The notes below the pieces were generated by a model. That model had not been told where the DNA came from, did not search any database, and worked only from the letters and a program-made list of their open reading frames with translations. A program made the position numbers and the translations under genes. From contig CAZTWK010000004.1 in assembly GCA_964617805.1 (NCBI GenBank), positions 15,860 to 79,859 of the forward strand: a DNA stretch of 64,000 bases, read 5' to 3'. Positions 44,708 to 54,689 of the stretch are shown here, in pieces. The DNA is from an uncultured Fibrobacteraceae bacterium (lineage in GTDB: Bacteria; Krumholzibacteriota; Krumholzibacteriia; LZORAL124-64-63). Within the stretch, counting starts at the first letter, position 1. Every line of letters begins with the position of its first letter.

Positions 44708-46261
44708 CTAGCGGGGGCGCATCACGGCGAAGGGAACGACCATCTCCTCGAGACTGATGCCGCCGTGCTGGAAGCTCCCGCGATACAGCCTTTCGTACTC
44801 GTGGTAGTTGGTCGGGTAGACCAGATAATGGTTCTCGGTCGTGATGGCGTAGTTCTCGATGGCGGACTGCCGGGGCAGCATGTACTCCTCCGGCTCCTTC
44901 ATCAGGAACACGGCTTTCTCCTCGACCCCGAGGTTGTCCCCGTACTTGTAGCGCACGTTGCTGCTGGTGTCGCGGTTGCCCTTGATGGTCGTGGCCTTGG
45001 AACACAGGGTCGAGCCGTGGTCGGTGGTGATGAACACGGTCACGTCCTTGCGGGCCAGCATCTTGAGCACCTCGAAGAGCGTCGAGTGCGCGAACCAGCT
45101 GCGCATCAGGGAGCGGAAGGCGGCCACGTCGGGCGCCAGCTCCTTGAGGATCGCCGACTGGGCGCGGCCGTGGGCCATGATGTCCAGGAAGTTGTAGACC
45201 GCGGCCACCAGCTTCACGTCGTCCAGCGAGCCCACGTGGCGCCGCAGGTCGTCGGTGTCGCGGGCGTCGTAGACCTTGTAGTAGCGGAAGTTGTTGGCCG
45301 CCGGCGAGCCCAGGCGCTTGAGCTGCTCGCCCAGCAGCTCCTTCTCGTGGGCGTTCTTGGAATGCTGCTGGACGCTGGAGCCGCGCCACCATTCGGGATA
45401 GCGGGCCGCGATCTCGCTGGGGTAGATCCCGGCGAAGAGGGCGTTGCGCGCGAAGGGCGTGGCCGTGGGCAGGATCGACCAGTAGAGCCGGCGCTCGGTC
45501 TGGTAGTAGGGCTCCAGCACCGCTTCCACGTGTTGCCACTGGTCCAGGCGCATGCAGTCGATGACGATGAAGTAGACCTGCCGGCCGGACTCGATCTCCG
45601 GCGCGACCCAGGTGCGGAACAGGTCGGGGCTGAGCAGCGGGGCCCCGTCGGCGCCGCTGACCCAGCCGGCGTAATGGTCGCGCACGAAGCGCGAGAAGGC
45701 GCGGTTGGCCTCGGAGTACTGTTCCTCGTGGGTGCTGAGCAGGCCGTGGTCGCTGTGGGCGTAGAGGTCCAGCTCCCAGGTCACCAGGTCGCCGTAGAGG
45801 GTTTCCCATTCGGACGGCGTGTCGGCCATGGGCAGGCGCGCGGCGACGTCCTGGTAATGGGACAGGAAGTCGCGGTTGATCTGCTCGCCGCGGATGCGGC
45901 GGCCCTCCAGCAGGCGCTTGAGCGCGGAGACGATCTGCAGGGGCGAGACCGGCTTGACGAGGTAGTCGTCGATGCGCCGGCCGATGGCCCGGTTCATCAG
46001 GTCTTCTTCCTCGCTCTTGGTGATCATCACCACCGGCACGTTGTCGCGGACCTGCTTGAGCTCGCCCAGGGTCTCCAGGCCGCCCATGCCGGGCATCATC
46101 TCGTCGAGCAGGATGGCGTCGTAGGCGGTCTCGCGCAGCATCTCGACGGCATCGCGCCCGTTGCTGGCGCCTTGCACCTCGTAGCCCTTCTCGGTCAGGT
46201 AGACGACGTGTGAGCGGAGTTCCTCTATCTGGTCATCGACCCACAGGATCTTGAACGGCAA
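44708..46261 (-). CDS. porX: response regulator with CheY-like receiver domain and C-terminal PglZ/alkaline-phosphatase-like domain (PorX-like)
   Basis: MPFKILWVDDQIEEL...ILLDEMMPGMGG (receiver Asp pocket), then a ~380-aa PglZ-type domain. Neighbour is a histidine kinase. A T9SS cargo gene lies in the window. Confidence 0.75.
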   Translation of the reverse strand: MPFKILWVDDQIEELRSHVVYLTEKGYEVQGASNGRDAVEMLRETAYDAILLDEMMPGMGGLETLGELKQVRDNVPVVMITKSEEEDLMNRAIGRRIDDYLVKPVSPLQIVSALKRLLEGRRIRGEQINRDFLSHYQDVAARLPMADTPSEWETLYGDLVTWELDLYAHSDHGLLSTHEEQYSEANRAFSRFVRDHYAGWVSGADGAPLLSPDLFRTWVAPEIESGRQVYFIVIDCMRLDQWQHVEAVLEPYYQTERRLYWSILPTATPFARNALFAGIYPSEIAARYPEWWRGSSVQQHSKNAHEKELLGEQLKRLGSPAANNFRYYKVYDARDTDDLRRHVGSLDDVKLVAAVYNFLDIMAHGRAQSAILKELAPDVAAFRSLMRSWFAHSTLFEVLKMLARKDVTVFITTDHGSTLCSKATTIKGNRDTSSNVRYKYGDNLGVEEKAVFLMKEPEEYMLPRQSAIENYAITTENHYLVYPTNYHEYERLYRGSFQHGGISLEEMVVPFAVMRPR

Positions 46262-47507
46262 CGTCTTTCCCCTCTCCCGGTAGCGTGATCAGGAACGTGG
46301 TGCCCGCCGGACCGGTGCGCTCCACCTGGATGCGGCCGCCGTGGTACTGGACGACGATGCGCTTGACGAGCGCGAGTCCCATGCCCCAACCGCGGCGCTT
46401 GGTGGTATACCCCGCCTCGAAGATGCGGTTCCTGTGGGCCGACGGGATGCCGCCGCCGGTGTCGGAAACCCGGATCTGCACGCTCTCGCGGGGACCGTCG
46501 CTCAGCGTCACCCGGAGGGAGCCGCCCTGCTCGGGCAGGGCGTCGATGCCGTTCTTGATCAGGTTCTCGAGCACCCATTCCATGAGATCGCGGTTGTAGC
46601 GGCAGCGGTTCCCCGACGTGCTCTCGCAGGCCAGGTCGATGCGCCCGCCCAGGTGGGGCAGCCGTTTCTCAAAATAAGCCACCGTGGCCTCGACCGCATT
46701 CTGGAGGTCGGTGTCGTCGAGCCGGGGGCGCGATCCGATCTTGCTGAAGCGCTCCGAAACCTTGCCCAGCCGCGCGACGTCGCGGGAGATCTCCTCGACC
46801 ACCTCGCCGTCGGCCGCCTCCTTGTCGCGCAGGATGGCGATCCAGCCCAGGATCGAGGTGATGGGCGTGCCGAGCTGGTGCGCGGTCTCCTTGGCCATGC
46901 CGGCGAAGAGCTTCTGCTCGTCGCCGTCCCACTTGACGTAGAGGGCCCAGACGATGAGCAGGAAGAAGATCGCCAGCAGCGCCAGCTCCAGGTAGGGCAG
47001 CCAGCGGATGTGCCGGCCCAGCACGGAGGCCCCGTAGTGCAGCGTCAGCATGCGCTGGCCGGTGGCCGGATCGTTGATGGCGAAGGGCTCGTTGCGGGCG
47101 TCGTACTCGCGGACCAGCTCGAGGATGCGGTCCAGTTCGGGACCGTTGCCCCCCTCGGGATCGACATTCGCGAGGGTCTCCTGCTCGTCGGGCATGGGGA
47201 TGCCGATCATGGTGCCGTTCCACAGCACCGGCCGTCCCTGGTTGTCGGTGACGATGAAGGGCACGTCGATCTCGCGCGTGCGGGTCAGCACCTCGCCCAG
47301 CTCGGCGATGCGCCCCTGCGACAGGTGCAGGCTCGCGAAGTGGGACAGCAGCCAGGTGGAATGCCGGGCCTGCTGCTCGACCCGGTCGGCGACGCGGAAG
47401 GAGGCCTGGCTGATGGCGATGAAGATGATCAGGCTGCCGACCAGCACGTAGGCCGTGAAGATATGCCGTCGGCGGAACATCACCAGCGACTTGGGCAACC
47501 AGGCCAT
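46233..47507 (-). CDS. porY: sensor histidine kinase (PorY-like), two N-terminal transmembrane segments
   Basis: H-box HQLGTPITSILGW. HATPase motifs NLIKNGIDA, DTGGGIP, GWGMGLALV. Confidence 0.8.
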   Translation of the reverse strand: MAWLPKSLVMFRRRHIFTAYVLVGSLIIFIAISQASFRVADRVEQQARHSTWLLSHFASLHLSQGRIAELGEVLTRTREIDVPFIVTDNQGRPVLWNGTMIGIPMPDEQETLANVDPEGGNGPELDRILELVREYDARNEPFAINDPATGQRMLTLHYGASVLGRHIRWLPYLELALLAIFFLLIVWALYVKWDGDEQKLFAGMAKETAHQLGTPITSILGWIAILRDKEAADGEVVEEISRDVARLGKVSERFSKIGSRPRLDDTDLQNAVEATVAYFEKRLPHLGGRIDLACESTSGNRCRYNRDLMEWVLENLIKNGIDALPEQGGSLRVTLSDGPRESVQIRVSDTGGGIPSAHRNRIFEAGYTTKRRGWGMGLALVKRIVVQYHGGRIQVERTGPAGTTFLITLPGEGKDVAVQDPVGR

Positions 47508-47516
47508 GCCGTCCTC

Positions 47517-48775
47517 CTATTCGAGATATTCCATCCCGTCCAGATAGGGACGGAGGGCGTCCGGCACGGTCATGCGTCCGTCCGCGGTCTGGTAGTTCTC
47601 CATGACGGCCACGATCACGCGGGGCAGCGCCAGCCCCGATCCGTTGAGCGTGTGCACGAAGCCGCCGCCGCCGGCTCCCTTGTAGCGGATGCCCGCGCGG
47701 CGCGCCTGGAAGTCGCCGAAGTTGCTGCAGGAAGAGACCTCCAGCCAGGCGCCGACGCCGGGCGCCCAGGCCTCCAGGTCATAGCACTTGGCGGCCGCGA
47801 AGCTGAGGTCGCCGGTGGCGAGGGTCAGCACGCGGTAGGGCAGCTCCAGGCGGCGCAGGATCTCCTCGGCGTCGTCGGTGAGGGTTTCCAGCACGTCGTA
47901 GGAGTCCTCGGGCCGCACGAACTGCACCATCTCCACCTTGTGGAACTGGTGCACGCGCAGCAGGCCGCGCGTGTCCTTGCCCGCGGCGCCGGCCTCGCGC
48001 CGGAAGCAGGGCGAGAAGGCCACGTACTTCACAGGCAGCCGGTCGGCGACCAGGGTCTCCTGGCGGTGGATGTTGGTGACCGAGACCTCGGCGGTGGGGA
48101 TCAGGAAGAGATCGTCCACGCCGCAGTGGTACATGTCCTCTTCCATCTTGGGCAGTTGGCCGGTGCCGGTCATGGCGTCGCGGTTGACCAGGTAGGGCAC
48201 GTTGACCTCGGTGTAGCCCTGCTCCAGGTGCACGTCGATCATGAAGTTGATCAGCGCCCGCTCCAGGCGCGCGCCGGCGCCGGACAAGACAGTGAAGCCG
48301 GAGCCGGACATGCGACCCGCCGCCTCCAGGTTCATCAGGCCGGCGGCGGCGCCCAGGTCCCAGTGGGGCCGGGGCTCGAAACCGAGCTCGCGCGGCGCGC
48401 CCCATTCGCGCATCAGCAGGTTGTTCTCCTCGCCCCCCTCGGGCACGCTCTCGTGGGGCACGTTGGGGATGCGCAGGTACAGCGCGTCGACCTCCGCCTC
48501 GGCAGCGGCGGCCTCCAGCTTGAGGGCCTTGATGCGGCCCGAGAGCTCCTTCATGCGGGCGATGGCCTCGCCGGTATCCTCGCCGGCCTTGCGGCTGGCG
48601 GCGATGTCCTTGTTGGCCTTGTTGGCCTCGGCCTGCAACGCCTCGAGCTGCTTGAGCGCCGCGCGCCGGGCGGCGTCCTTCTCGTAGTAGATGTCCACGT
48701 CGAAGGACTCGCGTTTGGCCGCGACGGCCCAGGTCACGCGCTCCCGGTTCTCCCGCAGGTATCTTCTGTCCAGCA
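47517..48775 (-). CDS. serS: seryl-tRNA synthetase, TTG start
   Basis: SD GGAGGAA then TTG. N-terminal coiled-coil arm. Class II aaRS motifs (FRRE, GSGLAL). Confidence 0.85.
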
Positions 48776-48950
48776 AGGGGGTTCCTCCAGCCAGCCGGCG
48801 GCTGTTTCGCATTGCAATCGGTCGTGACGGCTGTTAAGAAGGGTATAGACTAACGACCCAGGGCGGGCAAGGCAAATCGCCCTTGGCGGCCCGGGTCATG
48901 GTACGTCCGCGAAGCGGATTGATTCCACGTCGCATCGGAACGGAAACACG

Positions 48951-49706
48951 ATGACGGACACCTCCCCGGCGGCCGCCGCCCTGCGCGACCTGCCCCTGGA
49001 AGAACGGGTGATCACGGCCCTCGACGTGCCCGACCCCCGGGCCGCCTACGATCTCGCGCGGTCCCTCGGCGAGCGGGGACGGATCGTCAAGATCGGCATG
49101 GAGCTCTTCACGGCCGCCGGACCGGCGATCCTCGCGGGCCTGCGCGCGGTGGGCAAGGAGATCTTCCTGGACCTCAAGTTCAAGGACATCCCCAACACCG
49201 TGGCCGGCGCGGTCGGGTCGGCCTGCGGCCTGGGCGTCGCCATGCTGACCCTGCACGCCGACGGGGGACGCCGCATGCTGGAGGCCGCGGTCGCCGCGGC
49301 GGACGAGGCCGCCGCCCGGGGGCTGCGGCGCCCGGCGCTGCTGGCGGTCACCGTCCTGACCAGTCTCACGCCGGAGGAGGCGGAAGAGGCCGCGCCCGGC
49401 GGCGGCCCGATCGCGGACCGCATCGTGCGCCTGGCGCGTCTGGCCCGGGACAGCGGCTGCGACGGCATCGTCTGCTCGCCGCAGGACCTGCCAGCCCTGC
49501 GCGGCGAACTGGGCGGCGGGTTGCTGGCCGTCACGCCCGGCGTCCGGCCCGCGGGCGCCGCCGGCGACGACCAGCGCCGGGTCGCCACACCGGCCGCAGC
49601 CCTGCGCGGCGGCGCGGATTTCCTCGTCGTCGGACGACCCATCACCCGGGCCGACGATCCCGCCGCGGCCCTGACGGAGATCAGCCAGGAGTTGACAACC
49701 GCATGA
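48951..49706 (+). CDS. pyrF: orotidine 5'-phosphate decarboxylase
   Basis: 251 aa. DLKFKDIPNTV and catalytic-Lys region typical of OMPDC. Confidence 0.85.
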   Translation: MTDTSPAAAALRDLPLEERVITALDVPDPRAAYDLARSLGERGRIVKIGMELFTAAGPAILAGLRAVGKEIFLDLKFKDIPNTVAGAVGSACGLGVAMLTLHADGGRRMLEAAVAAADEAAARGLRRPALLAVTVLTSLTPEEAEEAAPGGGPIADRIVRLARLARDSGCDGIVCSPQDLPALRGELGGGLLAVTPGVRPAGAAGDDQRRVATPAAALRGGADFLVVGRPITRADDPAAALTEISQELTTA

Positions 49707-50278
49707 CCGAATCAGAGATCCTCAACCTGATGAGCGAACTGGACGCGCTCAAGCGCGGCCACTTCAAGCTGAGCAGCGGACTGCACAGCGACACCTACTT
49801 CCAGTGCGCCCAGGTGCTGCAGTTCCCCGAGCTCGCCACCGAGCTCGGCCGCCTGATCGCCTCCCGCTTCGAGGCCGACGACGTGGACATGGTCGTCTCC
49901 CCCGCCCTCGGCGCCGTCCTGCTCGGGCACGAGGTCGCGCGGGCCCTGGGCCGCCGCTTCGTCTTCACCGAGCGCAAGGAAGGCGTGATGTGCCTGCGCC
50001 GCGGCTTCGCCATCGCCACAGGCGAGCGCGCCCTGATCGTCGAGGACGTGGTCACCCGCGGCACCTCGACACACGAGGTGGCGGACATCGTCACCGCCGA
50101 GGGCGGCCGGGTCTGCGGCCTGGCCTCGCTGGTCGACCGCACGGCCGACGACGTGGAGCTGCCCGCCCCCCTGCTGTCGCTGCTGCGGGTGGAGGTGGTC
50201 ACCCACGATCCCGACGACTGCCCCCTCTGCGCCGAGGGCCTGCCGCTGGTCAAGCCCGGCAGCCGCCGGGAGAGCTGA
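49703..50278 (+). CDS. pyrE: orotate phosphoribosyltransferase
   Basis: 191 aa. PRPP-binding motif LIVEDVVTRGTS. Start overlaps the pyrF stop. Confidence 0.85.
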   Translation: MTESEILNLMSELDALKRGHFKLSSGLHSDTYFQCAQVLQFPELATELGRLIASRFEADDVDMVVSPALGAVLLGHEVARALGRRFVFTERKEGVMCLRRGFAIATGERALIVEDVVTRGTSTHEVADIVTAEGGRVCGLASLVDRTADDVELPAPLLSLLRVEVVTHDPDDCPLCAEGLPLVKPGSRRES

Positions 50279-50281
50279 GAC

Positions 50282-51754
50282 GTGTCGCGCGCGGCGTCCA
50301 CCCGGCGAACGCTGGCGGCGGCCGCCGCGCTGGCCCTGGCCTTCGCCTGGTGGGCGACGCGCGAGCCGCCCCCCCACGCCTCCGGCAGCGACGTCTACAC
50401 CCACCTCTGCGTGGCGCGCCACCTGGTGCGCGGCGACGGATTCGTCAACGACGTGGTCTATCCCCTGTCCCTGACCTTCCCCTTCGCCGCGCAGGTGCCC
50501 CAGCCCCTGGTGCACCGCCCCCCCGGCTACCCCCTGCTGCTGACGCTCCCGGTGGCGCTGTCGGGCGACGACCCGGCGCGCGCGGAAAGGCTGGCGGGAC
50601 ATCTGGCCCTGCTGCTGCTGGCGGTGATCGCCTGGCGCGGCGCCGCCTGGGCCCTGGGCCGCGGGCGCGGCGACGCGGTCCTGCCCTGGCTGGCCGTGTT
50701 GCTGGTGAATCCGCTGCTGCACATGACCGTGGGCTGGTCCCAGGTGGAGATACCGGCGGCCCTGCTGCTGCTGTGGCTTTGGACGCGGGTGCGCGGACGC
50801 GCGGGACCTCCCGCGCCGGGCGCCGCCGCCGTCGACGGCCTGCTGGCCGCCGCGGTCGCGCTGCTGCGGGCCGACCTCTTCTGGCTGCCCTGGCTGTGGC
50901 TGGTCTGGGCGGGACACCTGCGCGGCCGGCCGCTGCTGGTGGCGGCGGCCTGCTGGGCGGGCGCCCTGGCGCCCTGGTGGATCCGCACCGCCCTGCTGAC
51001 CGGCCACCCCTTCTTCACCCTGCAGGCCTACGCGGAGCACCTCAAGCAGACCCCGGCCTGGCCGGGCTATGCCATCTACGGATCCCTGTCGCCGGAATCC
51101 CTCTGGCATACCCTGCGCCACGACCCCGGGCTCGTCCTCGACAAGACCCTGGCCGGCCTGCGCTACTACCTGACGCGGCTCGACGGCTGGCTGCCCCTGG
51201 TCCTGTGGGTGGGCGGCGGCCTGGCCGCGGCGGCGCACTTCGTGCGGGACCGGCGTCCCGACGCGCCGGCCCCGGTGCTGCTGCTGAGCCTGGTGGCGCT
51301 GACGGTGGCCTACGCCCCCTTCTCCCACACCCTGCGCTACATGGTCGTGCTGCTGCCCGTCCTCTCCCTCGAGCTGTGGCTGGCCGCGGCCGGCGCCCTG
51401 TCCGCCCGCCTGGACGGACGCGGAGGGCCGCTGCTGCGCCACGGCCTGTTGCTGCTCGGGGCGGCCGCCTGCGTCTGGGTCCTGCCCGCCCGCATGCCGG
51501 GCTGGGAGCGGGCGCGGGACGCGGCCGGCGCCGACGCCGACACCCTCCCCGCGGCGCTCGAACGCCTGGCGGACGCGCCGCCCGGACCGGTCTTCACCGA
51601 CAGCGCCGCCCTGCTGTGGCACGGCGGGCGCGCGGGCGTGTGGTGGACGGGGGATCGGGACGTGGAAAAGACGATCCGCGCGACGGTCGCGGACATGGAA
51701 CGGGCCCCGGCGGTGTGCCAGGGCCCGTCGACAGGCGGCTCAGGAGACGACTGA
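50282..51754 (+). CDS. polytopic membrane protein, GT-C fold (ArnT/PMT-like) glycosyltransferase candidate
   Basis: 490 aa. About 11 predicted transmembrane segments. Trp/Arg-rich loops. Immediately follows pyrE. Confidence 0.55.
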   Translation: MSRAASTRRTLAAAAALALAFAWWATREPPPHASGSDVYTHLCVARHLVRGDGFVNDVVYPLSLTFPFAAQVPQPLVHRPPGYPLLLTLPVALSGDDPARAERLAGHLALLLLAVIAWRGAAWALGRGRGDAVLPWLAVLLVNPLLHMTVGWSQVEIPAALLLLWLWTRVRGRAGPPAPGAAAVDGLLAAAVALLRADLFWLPWLWLVWAGHLRGRPLLVAAACWAGALAPWWIRTALLTGHPFFTLQAYAEHLKQTPAWPGYAIYGSLSPESLWHTLRHDPGLVLDKTLAGLRYYLTRLDGWLPLVLWVGGGLAAAAHFVRDRRPDAPAPVLLLSLVALTVAYAPFSHTLRYMVVLLPVLSLELWLAAAGALSARLDGRGGPLLRHGLLLLGAAACVWVLPARMPGWERARDAAGADADTLPAALERLADAPPGPVFTDSAALLWHGGRAGVWWTGDRDVEKTIRATVADMERAPAVCQGPSTGGSGDD

Positions 51755-52006
51755 GAAGACGATGCCGCCCAGAATGCAGAGCGGCAGGGCCACCACCACC
51801 AGCACCAGGGGCAGGGCCGTGGTCAGCAGCACGGCCACGAGGATCAGCAGGGGAATGCCCACGACCAGCGCCAGCAACCCCTTCGTGAGAAAGAGCAGCA
51901 GCTTGAACGGCAGTAGCACCAGCGCGAAGACCACCTTCAACAGGAACAGCCCCACGCTCAGCACCACCAGCAAGGCCAGCAACCCGATTATGAACTCGAT
52001 GATCAT
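51740..52006 (-). CDS. small hydrophobic membrane protein (88 aa)
   Basis: Strong SD GGGAGGGA before the ATG. MIIEFIIGLLALLVVLSVGLFLLKVVFALVLLPFKLLLF... is almost entirely hydrophobic. Confidence 0.5.
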   Translation of the reverse strand: MIIEFIIGLLALLVVLSVGLFLLKVVFALVLLPFKLLLFLTKGLLALVVGIPLLILVAVLLTTALPLVLVVVALPLCILGGIVFSVVS

Positions 52007-52075
52007 GGTCTGATCCCTCCCGTTTATCCGACCGAATCCACCTGACATACGCATCATCTCATCTATTGGTTGCAA

Positions 52076-52209
52076 TGTGCGTGCGGGGGCTATTCCAGGG
52101 GCCGCGAGCCGGTCACCTCCTGTGACCGGCTCGCTCGAATTCCGGGCTCTTCCGCCCTCCATGGCTCCAGAGCCCTTCATACGCCCCTGGAATAGCCCCC
52201 GCACGCACA
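52076..52209. repeat. structured palindromic repeat, copy 2: 26-bp perfect outer stem, inner hairpin, conserved core
   Basis: tgtgcgtgcgggggctattccagggg (52076-52101) is the exact reverse complement of 52184-52209. Inner hairpin gccggtcac-ctcct-gtgaccggc at 52108-52130. Core is about 90% identical to copy 1. Confidence 0.65.
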
Positions 52210-52254
52210 GGGCTTAGCCTTCTACAGACAGTCTCCTTACCGTTCCACCTCTGG

Positions 52255-52335
52255 TTGATATATTGCACTATTGTAATTATTGATGACGTTATTATGTGAT
52301 TTGTGATATAATAACATCAATGAAGAAGCTGCAAC
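52255..52335. promoter_or_regulatory. strongly AT-rich island (promoter region)
   Basis: gttgatatattgcactattgtaattattgatgacgttattatgtgatttgtgatataataacatcaatg contrasts sharply with the GC-rich surroundings. Multiple TATAAT-like hexamers on both strands. Confidence 0.4.
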
Positions 52336-52458
52336 CGTCGGTGACGTCTCGGGATTCGGTTAGGCCTCTCGCTACCTGGGGAACTCGGGTGACCACGGAA
52401 GCGGCTTCTTTTCCAGAGACCCCGTGCGGGGCGGGGACATTGGAATCTTCACCAAGTG

Positions 52459-52492
52459 AAAACGGGCTCCGGAGACCTCCGGAGCCCGTTTC
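52459..52492. terminator. bidirectional intrinsic terminator
   Basis: Perfect 14-bp stem aaacgggctccgga-gacc-tccggagcccgttt, flanked by A-run and T-run. Lies immediately after the M16 peptidase gene. Confidence 0.6.
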
Positions 52493-52513
52493 ACGCTTGC
52501 GGCGGACCGCTCG

Positions 52514-54652
52514 CTACGGCTTGGCGAAGAAGCCGTCGTCCACCTTGGGATTGGGCACGAACTTCTTCAGCTCGCCGGCGGCGAAGTGCTCGCCGTCGTG
52601 CAGGATCGTGATGGTCGACGGACGCTGGTACCCGCCGAAGTCCGCGTAATCCGCGTACATGATCTTCTCCTGGACGGGGCTGCCGGTCATGGGGTCCTGT
52701 CCCTTGCCCTGCTCCATGAGGATCAGTCCGCTCGCGGCGTCCAGGTAGAACAGCTGGAAGTCGCCGTCGCCCTGGTCCACGTAGACGCGATCGCAGAGCA
52801 CGCCGTCGAGCTCTTCCTGGTCGAGGGCCTGGCAGGTCTGCCCGGCGGGGTCGCGCAGGAGACTCATGGTCGCGCCGGTGATCTCCTGCTTCATGTCGCC
52901 GAGGCCATCGGCGGGCACGTCCTGGACGCCCCCGGGGGTCAGCATCCAGCCCGCCTCGCCGTCGAGGACCTGGGTCATCTCGCCGAAGGGCGTCTTCTGG
53001 ACGACCTTCAGCTTGTCCGGGTAGACGATGGTCTGCTCGGCGGTGACGGAGATGGGCATGCCCTGGATCTCCAGGTCCAGCGTCATCTCGCTGACGAAGC
53101 CCTTGAGCGAGGCGAGCTTTTTGCCGCCGATCGCCGCGGCGGCCTTGCCCATCAGGGCCTGGCCCGCGGCCAGCGTCTCCTCGGTCGCCGCGGGCACGTC
53201 CAGGGTCAGCTTGGGCTCCGGGATGGTGATGTCGATGTCGTTCACGGGCCCGTACTTGCTCAGGTCGCCGTCGAAGAGCTCGGGGTTGCCGACCACCAGC
53301 AGGGACAGCTGATCCGGCTTCCAGACGGCCTGGCAGGCGGTGAGCACCGTCTCGGGCGTCAGGGTCAGGACGTTCTCGCGGTAGGTTGTCAGGAAGTCCT
53401 GCGGGTAGCCGTACATCTCGAAGAGCACGGCGCGGTCGAGGACCTCGCGCTTGGTGTCGTAGTTGAAGACGTCGCTGTTCATGATGCCGTCGACGGCGTC
53501 CTGCAGCTCCTTCTCGGTGACCGGCTCGGTGGTCATGAGCTCGATCTGCTCGAGCATCACGTCCAGGGCCTCCTCCGAGGTCTCGCACTTGGTGCCGGTG
53601 AAGGCCACGAATGTGCCGGGGAAACGCCAGCCGGTGCCGGCCTGGCTGCCCGTGGAGTAGGCCAGCCCGCGCTTGCTGCGCACCTCGTTGAACAGGCGCG
53701 ACGAGAAGCCGCCGCCGAGGATCTTGTTGGCGACCTGGATGGCCGCGTAGTGCTCGTTGTCGTTGCGGATGCCCTTGTGCCCCATCAGGACCATGGACTG
53801 GGTCAGGTCCTCCTTGGCCGCCACGTTGACCGTGCGCGGGAAATTGGGGATGTCCGGATCGGGAGGCAGTGGCGCCGTGGCCTTTTCCCAACCGGCGAAG
53901 GTCGTCTCGATCTTGGCGATCATGTCCGCGGTGTCGAAGTCGCCGAGCACGACCAGGTACATGCGGTCGGGATGGAAGAACAGGTCGTGGAACATGACCA
54001 GGTCGTCACGGGTGATGCTGCCGATGGTGTCGTATTCCTTCACACGGGCCAGCTCGTGATCGGCGCCGAAGATGACCTTCGTGAACTCGCGCATGGCGAT
54101 GCTCATGGGTTCGTCGTTGCGGCGCGAGATGCCGGCCTTCTCCTGGGTCTTGGCGAGGGTGATCTTGTCCTCGTCGAAGACCGGGTGCATGAGGATCTGG
54201 CCCAGGATCTCGAGCGCCTGGTCCGCGTCCTCGGTCAGGGCCGACAGGTAGGCCCCGCCGGTGGCGCCGCCGACCCAGGTCTCGACCGCGGCGCCCATGT
54301 TCTCGACTATCTCGTCGATCTCGTCGCCGGTCCACTTCTCGGTACCGCCGGTGCGCAGCACGCTGCCCGTGATCGAGGCCAGACCGGTGAGATGGGCCGG
54401 CTCGTAGATGCTGCCCGCCTTGATGGTGGCCGAAAGCTGCACCAGCGGCAGTTCATCGTCGACGGCCAGGAACAGGATCATGCCGTTGTCCAGCTCGACC
54501 CGCTCGTACTCGGGCATCTTGATCTCGCCCAGATCGGGATATTTGAATTTCTCCCACGGTCGCTTGGCGGCTGCCGCCTCGGGAACCGTGACCGAGGCGA
54601 TCACCAGTGCCAGCAGCAGCAACGCCGTCGTCTTCAACAGAAATCGCTTCAT
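52514..54652 (-). CDS. secreted M16-family (pitrilysin-like) peptidase, non-catalytic/partner subunit, with extra C-terminal domain
   Basis: 712 aa. Signal peptide MKRFLLKTTALLLLALVIASVTVPEAAAA. M16 N and C folds without an HxxEH motif. Confidence 0.75.
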   Translation of the reverse strand: MKRFLLKTTALLLLALVIASVTVPEAAAAKRPWEKFKYPDLGEIKMPEYERVELDNGMILFLAVDDELPLVQLSATIKAGSIYEPAHLTGLASITGSVLRTGGTEKWTGDEIDEIVENMGAAVETWVGGATGGAYLSALTEDADQALEILGQILMHPVFDEDKITLAKTQEKAGISRRNDEPMSIAMREFTKVIFGADHELARVKEYDTIGSITRDDLVMFHDLFFHPDRMYLVVLGDFDTADMIAKIETTFAGWEKATAPLPPDPDIPNFPRTVNVAAKEDLTQSMVLMGHKGIRNDNEHYAAIQVANKILGGGFSSRLFNEVRSKRGLAYSTGSQAGTGWRFPGTFVAFTGTKCETSEEALDVMLEQIELMTTEPVTEKELQDAVDGIMNSDVFNYDTKREVLDRAVLFEMYGYPQDFLTTYRENVLTLTPETVLTACQAVWKPDQLSLLVVGNPELFDGDLSKYGPVNDIDITIPEPKLTLDVPAATEETLAAGQALMGKAAAAIGGKKLASLKGFVSEMTLDLEIQGMPISVTAEQTIVYPDKLKVVQKTPFGEMTQVLDGEAGWMLTPGGVQDVPADGLGDMKQEITGATMSLLRDPAGQTCQALDQEELDGVLCDRVYVDQGDGDFQLFYLDAASGLILMEQGKGQDPMTGSPVQEKIMYADYADFGGYQRPSTITILHDGEHFAAGELKKFVPNPKVDDGFFAKP

Positions 54653-54689
54653 GGTCTATCCTTTCTTTCCGCGCGTTTCGCGGCAGTTT

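Noticed and set aside
44708-46261. PglZ domain as evidence for a BREX phage-defence system
   Set aside because: The PglZ domain is fused to a CheY receiver and paired with a histidine kinase, which is the PorX/PorY architecture. No brxA/B/C, pglX or brxL genes are nearby.
49712-51622. 636-aa minus-strand ORF opposite pyrE and the GT-C membrane protein
   Set aside because: The plus-strand genes have recognisable families and operon organisation. The minus-strand ORF is Arg/Gly/Gln low-complexity.
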